DNA from: Octopus sinensis
Taxonomy: Eukaryota
Direction: 5' to 3'
Length of the DNA: 64,000 bases
Assembly (NCBI RefSeq): GCF_006345805.1
Contig: NC_043004.1
Location: 45,694,001-45,758,000 of the forward strand
In this document: positions 56,589 to 64,000 of the stretch, one piece after another
How the letters are laid out: every line of letters starts with the position of its first letter
How positions within the stretch are numbered: the stretch's first letter is position 1
The notes under the pieces: model-generated
The model's input: the letters and a program-made list of their open reading frames with translations, nothing else
Databases searched by the model: none
Told to the model about the DNA's origin: nothing
Program-made: the position numbers and the translations under genes

Positions 56589-56990
56589 CTCCCTTGATAT
56601 AATTACCATCTTCTGGCAGTTTATATGGATGGAAAATAGCCAAGGTTAATGTTATGTCTCAGACGAGAGGAGACTGTCGGAAAATTATAAACCAGACACA
56701 AAATTCCGATCTCAATGGATAATATACATTATATGCTTGCCGAAATAGAGAAAACATTAGAACATTAGAAATGCATTTATACATACATACATACATACAT
56801 ACATACATACATACATACATACATACACACATACATACATACATACATACATACATACATACCTACACACATACATACATACACTCACACACACACACAC
56901 CCACACATATATATAATACACACATACACACACACACACATATATACATCTATACATATATGCATACATACAAACCTACATTTATGCAAG

Positions 56991-57028
<38 letters not shown>

Positions 57029-57298
57029 AGTGTGTGTGGATAGGTTGTTAATAGATATATATAGTCATGAAAGATATATAGTCACGTGTGTGTGCGTGTA
57101 TGTAGCGGGCTTGTGTATTTGTGTTTGAAATAAATACACAGCTGTATACATATATATTTACAAAATATATATATATATTATATACGTACGTATGTGTGTA
57201 TGCATGCATGTATATATCTGTATGTATGTATATATATATATTATATATATATATCATACATAGATGTATATATATATATATAATATATATATTTATAT

Positions 57299-57347
<49 letters not shown>

Positions 57348-57429
57348 GTATATATATATATGTATGCATACCTACATAGATATATACACACGTGCACACA
57401 CACACAAATACCCCCCCACCACATATATA

Positions 57430-57491
<62 letters not shown>

Positions 57492-57839
57492 AAGCGAGGT
57501 GTCACTAGTGGTTTGTATCCAATATTCTTTCATGATGTATATTTGAGGTTCAATATTGCTGTTTTGAATTCTCTATATGTAGTGTACATAAGTACAGGTG
57601 TGATGTTAAAAACATTATCCAGTACCAAGGGAGAGAGAGCTATTCATGGTTATGGAGCTGGGAGCTCATATGTAGTTATCTGAATTTCCCTATATCTATT
57701 GCATCGAGCGAGGACATCAAATGCATAATATTATAGTGCTGGTAACTTCCTTGGTCCATATGCACTCCCAGTAATTAAATATCTCGTTCAGATAAAATGA
57801 AGGTGGACTTGGGTTATTTCATGTCTCTCTCACTGCATA

Positions 57840-57877
<38 letters not shown>

Positions 57878-57878
57878 C

Positions 57879-58012
<134 letters not shown>

Positions 58013-58181
58013 TAATATACATACATACATAAAGCATACATACATACATACATATATATGTATGGTATGTGTGTCTCTGTGGGCTGTGTGTATATGCATT
58101 TGTATATATGTTGATATGTATATGCTTGCATATGTGCGTGTGTGTATGTGTGTTACGTATTTGTATGTGAGAATATATATA

Positions 58182-58237
<56 letters not shown>

Positions 58238-58349
58238 GGAAATTCACGCACGCACACACACACACAAACACACAGATTTATAGATATTTTCTCACTTAGT
58301 TATAGAAATACGTAAAGTTGCTTGGAACAAAGTGTCTGAAGAATAATTT

Positions 58350-58860
58350 TTGAGTTGTATTCTTAGAATAACCGGAGAAATTCGTGTCGATGTTGTAGCC
58401 CAATGCGTATTGAAAAATGCATTTACAGAATCAGTGATGGGACATTCCATTTAGAAAATATGATTTGACACTCGATAAAAATCTGCATTATTGGCATATA
58501 ACCCATAAACCAACTGTCAAAATCTCACAATTTTCGTATCAGCAGAGACTTGACGTCGTCCATATAAGCGTTCGAAGACGATTCACTTTTACAACCAGCA
58601 TAATACTTGCATTTCACGATGCTTCTGTTCTGGAAAGAGAATTATCTGGCAAATATCCTATATTGTGGCAAATGAAATAAAATAAGATAAAATGTAATAA
58701 AACTAAAAGAAACCGCTACAGTAACGACAGTAGTAAAATGAAGCAAACGAAGAAAATAAAGTACATACCATATAAATGTGTCGCCATGCCATGGATATAT
58801 TGAAATATCATAGACAATATATAACTGGATGCTTCCTTGGTAATAGTGATATCTCACATA
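58350..58860 (-). pseudogene. Putative 7TM TM5-TM7 relic (LGR-like)
   Basis: Hydrophobic ORF 58642-58875, then ASIMLVVKVN and CPITDSVNAFFNT (resembles LP.NS..NPFLYT). Confidence 0.35.
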
Positions 58861-59424
58861 CTGGCACAAGGCCAAGCATGCTGTAGGGTGAATATAATCG
58901 ATTGAAACTACTTTACTACTTAATAGTTCTTTTATCTAATCGATCCACGAAGAAGACAAGGCTAAATTCGCCTCAGTGGGATTAGAGGCTAGGACGTAAA
59001 GCGTAGGAACTAAATATTCCAAGTTCTTTTATGGCTGATGTTTTAACGATCCACCGTCTTCGTTTCCATGGTGATATTTATTTTTCTTTTTTGTAATCTT
59101 TTAATTTTTACTTGCTTCTGTCATGGGTCTACGAACATGCTGTCGCACTGCCATGAAGGGTTTAGTAGAACAAATCGATCCCAATACTTATAGTCTTTTT
59201 TCTAAAGCTTGGTATATACTCTGTCGGTCTCTCTGTAGAACCGCTCGATCATGGGCACGTAAACAAATCATCACTCGTTGCCAAGCGGTGGTGGGGGACA
59301 AACACAAAGACACTTACACGATACCCGTTACACACACACACACATAGATGTGGGTGGAACAGTATCAGGTTTCTCTGTGAGTGTAAGACTCAAAACATAG
59401 CCCTAAATATCAAAACACAATAAA

Positions 59425-59620
59425 TCGCCATGATCGACCGCTAGCCACTAAAGCTATTTTTTTATTCTCTTTCTGTTTATTTTCTCGTCTTCCTTACTAC
59501 TGAAGAGCGTTGGATCGGAATGTAAAAGACTTTCTCATCTTCTCAGACTTTCTCAGCGTTGATCTAATACACCTGTTTGCTGTTTATACACCTGTCTTCG
59601 TCTTTTGTATTTTGTAAATT
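59425..59620 (+). mobile_element. Penelope-like terminal repeat fragment, related to 27815
   Basis: ctgaagagcgttggatcggaatgta plus shared ctaatacacctgtttg..gtcttcgt..ttttgt. Confidence 0.55.
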
Positions 59621-59832
59621 TTAACCACATATATATATATGTATACACACTCACACAACTGTATTCTTTCAGTTTCTGTCTCCCAAATCCACTACATACA
59701 TGCATACATGCATACATATAAACATATATATATATACCGGAGTAAACACATAAATGTGAAACAAGGTGGAAAAAAGAGTACTCAAATACCAGGGGTAGAG
59801 TAATATGCTTTATTTAAAAGCTGCAGAAATTC

Positions 59833-59884
59833 AACAAAACCTGTTACTCGGAGTTTGACGTTCCCGTTCGTCGGACAGTTTGTT
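59833..59884 (-). ncRNA. Degenerate type I hammerhead-ribozyme-like motif inside a ~150-bp element (59735-59884)
   Basis: ctgt-CCGACGA-acg(ggaa)cgt-CAAA-ctc(c)gag-TA-acag; all three helices pair; core has U4C and G12C changes. Confidence 0.6.
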
Positions 59885-59937
59885 AATATATATATATTAT
59901 AGGCGCTATAGTGGTTATGTAGTAAGAAGCTTGCTTC

Positions 59938-62188
59938 TCCACTGCGCATGTGCGAGTCAGTGTAGTGTTTGGCACTGAAGCTGTCAAGACGTGCTTTTAA
60001 AGCCGTCTTAAATTGAAGAATTTTGAAGCTCCGCTGTAAGGTAAAACTCTTGATTTTGGGGTCCGGTGGGGGTTTGTTGTTTGCGGTAATCATGTTTGTT
60101 TGGGGGCGTATCCCATTTCCAAGTTAGTGGTTCACATTATATGAATATTTTTTCTCACTTAATTGTGAGAATTGTTGCTTGGGGGCGTATCGTGCCTCCT
60201 AAAAATTTGTTCATTTTTTTGTGAATTTTTAAAATAATTGTGTTGCTGTTTTGGGAGAGTATTTTTGCCTCCGAAGATTGAACGTCTTGTATACCAGTTT
60301 TTGTGGAAGTTGTTTTCCAGTTGTGGCGTTCTGGGTTCAAACCTGGCAGGGAGTACCTAGTAGCCGGTAGATTATTTTTGTTGTTTTTGAACTATTGACT
60401 TTCTTTCTTATAATTTTTTTTTACTTTCTTTTTTCGTGAATTGTTTTCCTTTCCTTCCTTCTATTTTATTGAGAATTTCTTTTGATTTCTTTATTTTTCT
60501 TCACCCTTTTTAAATTTTATTTTGAACTATTTTCGAACTGTTATTATATAAAAAAAAGACGAAACATCTCACTGAAAAAGACAATATTTTGGAGTAGGAA
60601 ATTATGCTACCCAAACAGTGGTTGAAAGACCGTGAAAAGAGGACGGTTGTGTTGAGGACTTACTCCAAGTCGTTCGACACCATCACCCTATTCGAAAAGA
60701 CTGTAATTGAAAAGTTGGCAGAGTATCTGTTAACTATTGAATTCATTTCCAGGGGGTCAAATACGGAACGATGTAGTTGCTGTTTGACACCCCTGAAGAG
60801 GCTCGCAAATTTGCAAGCCAGCCCTTAGCGGGCAAGGAAATTTTGTTTGTGGAAGAGGTTGACAAAAGCTTGGGTCTGCGGTCTGCCACCCGGGATAAAA
60901 TCCGGATGGATAGAGGAGACTATCTGCCGGTATCTTGGTGGCAGCGGAGCGAAGCCCCTTAATGCGAAAGTTTTTCCTGCGGCTGATTGAGTTGGGTCAA
61001 AAGCTATTTTGACCCTTTGGACCCAATCAGCCAATATTGTTTTTCCAGATTTTTTTTAAATGGCCGGGTGCAGGTACCCGGTGATTCTTGAAGGTCGCCA
61101 CCCACCCAGGTGTCATTGGTGCCTGGAGCCTGGCCTTATAAAGAAAAACGGCCCCCAGGAACAAAGTAAGGTCTTGGAACAGTTGATTGAGACCTCAGTA
61201 GAAGAAGGAATGAAGGCGACCGAGGAGGCGGAGGACTCTTCAAAGAAGGGCCGCAAGACGAAGAAGGTGAGCAACCATGGGTGCTCACCGAAGGATGCTA
61301 GGAATGAGGAAGAGGAGACGAATCTCCCGATCACGGAGAAGACGCACCCTTCGTCAGTTGAAAATAAAAAAAGAGGAAGAGGAAGAGAAACGAGACATTG
61401 CCGGCAGTCGATGACATAGTATCGGAATGTCCCAGAACCCCGTCGGTAGGGGTTGTGCCACCGGCTGGAGGAAGAGACACCGTTGGCGGGAATGGTGCCG
61501 CCAATGGTAGAATTGGATATCCCGCCGCCGGAGTAAGACACATTATTGGTCTTCTTCTAGAGAGGCGGAGAGGTAGAAACGGTGGTGAAAAGTACCTTAA
61601 GGAAATACTTTTAGCCTGCACACAGGATCCTGAATGGCCTCCGCAGATAGCTGTGGAGGTCATAACGTTGCTCGTGATGAATAGGCTGAAGGGACTCAGT
61701 GAGAAATATCGCTTGTGGCCGAGCGACGCCGATACGGCATCCTCTTTGATCTTGAATGGGGCTTGGGTGATGGCGGAGTATGCGGGCACAAGCGATGTTG
61801 AGGAGGAATAGTGATAAGAGGTTGAAAAGCCTCAGTGTTATTGAAAGTCCCAAGTTTGGAAAGAAAGGTAGAAGGTTTAGCGCCTCATTTTGTCATTGAA
61901 TTATTATTGTTTATTGTGAAAAGTGTAGAGAAAAATATAGATCGATAAGAGGCTTATCGCCTCAATTTATGTTAGTGTTAGAGGTTCATTACCTCATTTG
62001 TGTTGTTGTTTTTTGTTTAAAAAAAGGAAAAAAGAACAGTGTTATCGAGGGGCGTTGAACGGCGGGCGTCGATTTGCCTCTCTGTTTAATATCTTTATGT
62101 CGTTCATCATTTCATCTCATTTGTGTTATTGTCTAGCCCGCACTTGCTTCTATCTTTTTAATGCTTTTATAGCAAATCTGATGAAATA
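59938..62188 (+). mobile_element. ORF1-only (Gag-like) retroelement inserted into a type B SINE
   Basis: TSD aagaa(g/a)cttgcttc at 59924-59937 and 62189-62202; frameshifted ORF from ATG 60604 to ~61811 with RRM-like LFDTPEEARKFA and degenerate knuckle CHWCLEPGLIKKNGP; no RT. Confidence 0.7.
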
Positions 62189-62301
62189 AAGAAACTTGCT
62201 TCCCAACCACAATGTTCCGGGTAACTGTCTGCTACTATAGCCTCGGGCCGACTAAATACTTGTGAGTGGATTTCGTAGACAGATACTGAAAGAAGCCCGT
62301 C

Positions 62302-62369
<68 letters not shown>

Positions 62370-62590
62370 TTGTTATTTGTGTCTGTGTTTTTCCCCACCC
62401 ACCATCGCTTGACAACCGAATATTGGTGTGTTTACGTCCCCGTAACGTAGCGGTTCGGCAAAAAGAGACCGATAGAACAAGCACTAGGTTTACAAAGAAT
62501 AAGTCCTGGGGTCGATTTGTTCGTCAAAGGCGGTGCTCCAGCATGGCGACAGTCAAATGACGGAAACAAGTAAAAAGTAAGAAAAAAGTA
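62189..62590 (+). mobile_element. 3' part of the split type B SINE (5' part at 59902-59937)
   Basis: Continues the type B consensus cttgcttcccaaccac...; internal (TA)(TG) tract; gaaacaagtaaaaag tail. Confidence 0.85.
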
Positions 62591-62724
62591 TTGAGAAATT
62601 TACCTTTTTAGAAAGTCGAAATGCACCAACATTTGGGAAGAGATTTCACAAAATGTGTGTGGGTTTTGCTTTTATAGATGTGCAAGATTATTTATAATGA
62701 GAAATATTATTATTATTATTATCA

Positions 62725-62837
62725 TTTTCTGAATCACTTTGACTCGCGCTAGACTTGCGCAAACGTGTAGATGCGATCACCGATTCACAAGCACTCAATG
62801 TGCGCAAGTCTAGTGTGGGTGAATGTGATTCAGAAAA
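62725..62837. repeat. Fold-back: 13-bp plus 20-bp arms and a 39-nt loop
   Basis: ttttctgaatcac pairs with gtgattcagaaaa; actcgcgctagacttgcgca pairs with tgcgcaagtctagtgtgggt. Confidence 0.85.
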
Positions 62838-63167
62838 CGATTATAATGATATTATTTCTTAATATAAATGATCTTGCACATGTATGAAAAAGGTTCTTTT
62901 TTCAATCTTAAGTCTTTGAGCGAAAATATTCTCTCAAAATATTATAACGTTAACTTCTTACTACACAGACACGCCTACTTGGAAACAAAAAAACTATCGG
63001 ACGTCATTGTACACCGTTTGTTGTGACATTCGAATGATGCCACCCGCACTAGCTATGTGGACAGGTCAACATTTCGACAGAATAGGGCACTAGTCTGGTG
63101 TAGGTTTATCATTTATAGGTGAGTGGATTCGAGGAACGAGACATGAAATATTTTTCTAAAGAACACT

Positions 63168-63496
63168 GGATCTTTTCGATTTGAATGGCAGTTTTTAACA
63201 TAATTTCTAGGTAACTAAAAAATTCAAAACTTCGTATACTGGTAGAATGTGTTTATAAAAGATCATTTTCTCTTGGCTTTCTTGAGAAAATTCTGTAGTT
63301 TGTAACATATTTCGTCTTTAATTTCTTGCATTTCGGCAATTTCAATCAATTTCAATCAATTACGTCCATTGACGTAAACAACATTCTGTGCCGTATGAAT
63401 ATGTTTTATAAACACATTCTACAAGTATGCGAAGTTTAACATTTTTTAGTTACCTAGAAATTATGTTAAAAACTGCCGTTCTAACCGAAAAGATCC
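63168..63496 (+). mobile_element. MITE variant with two left ends
   Basis: 8-bp TSD agaacact at 63160-67 and 63497-504; the last ~92 bp are an inverted copy of the first ~92 bp. Confidence 0.9.
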
Positions 63497-63576
63497 AGAA
63501 CACTGACCGTCGGGAAATCGAAACCAAGATCTCGCGAGCAACAGCCTAAGCACAAGGCTATGCGCCTTCCTATATA

Positions 63577-64000
63577 TTGAGTTTGCAAGAAAGTAATGGC
63601 ATTTTTCGCACATACATAGAATTACGATTTTTTAATGACTTTTCTCAATATTATGCTTATTTTGCTTTTGACATTTGATAGCCGTTTCTTTTCGCTTACT
63701 TTAGAAGCATATTGTGCGTAATTTTGTTTACCATTCTAAGTTCAGTATCAATTTGAACATGGAATGCAAAAACGAACATTTTCGCAATGTTTTGCTTTTT
63801 GTATTTCCTTAAAGGTAAGAAAGCTGCTGAGGCTCACAAAGAAATATTTGAAGTTTATGGCGTTGGTTGCTTAGCAGAACGTACATGTCAGAAATGGTTT
63901 TAAACTTTCAGTTCTGGAGGTATTTCACTTAAAGATGACCAATGTTCTGGTTGACCTACCGAAGATGATGATAACCGAATCAAAGCCATAATTGAATCTG
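63577..64000 (+). mobile_element. 5' part of a decayed mariner, running off the window
   Basis: TA + TIR-like ttgagtttgcaagaaagtaatggc; ATG 63759 MECKNEHFR; KGKKAAEAHKEI; CQKWF. Confidence 0.85.

Noticed and set aside
59950-60340. Minus-strand ORFs 59782-60093 and 60155-60340 as a divergent gene
   Set aside because: They lie antisense to the T-rich leader of the TSD-bounded element (one crosses its boundary) and show no recognisable motif
62178-62200. CTGATGA..GAAA as a hammerhead (also CTGATGA at ~13952 and ~26644)
   Set aside because: No helix II or helix I pairing; the 62.18-kb hit straddles an insertion junction

Overview
AT-rich eukaryotic, repeat-saturated DNA with no intact protein-coding gene. 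The SINE and microsatellite complement resembles Octopus (inference from recalled repeat families; not database-checked). Most ORFs in the track are artefacts of (TA)n/(TATG)n/(TCTA)n/(AAT)n tracts. Well-supported features: at least 6 tRNA-headed SINE types (several with target-site duplications, TSDs), five decayed mariner copies plus a DD37D/maT relic, four copies of a 29-bp-TIR MITE (three with 8-bp TSDs), R4-type and Tx1-type non-LTR relics, Helitron ends, Penelope-like terminal fragments carrying hammerhead-ribozyme-like motifs, a 10 x 161-bp tandem array and five fold-back hairpins. Most interesting: (1) a 2.25-kb TSD-bounded insertion encoding only a Gag/ORF1-like protein and no RT; (2) hammerhead-like motifs at ~27.9, ~59.5 and ~59.85 kb; (3) a tentative minus-strand cluster of decayed LRR + 7TM (LGR/GRL101-like GPCR) remnants. 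All peptide reconstructions were made by eye across stops and frameshifts and need HMM confirmation.
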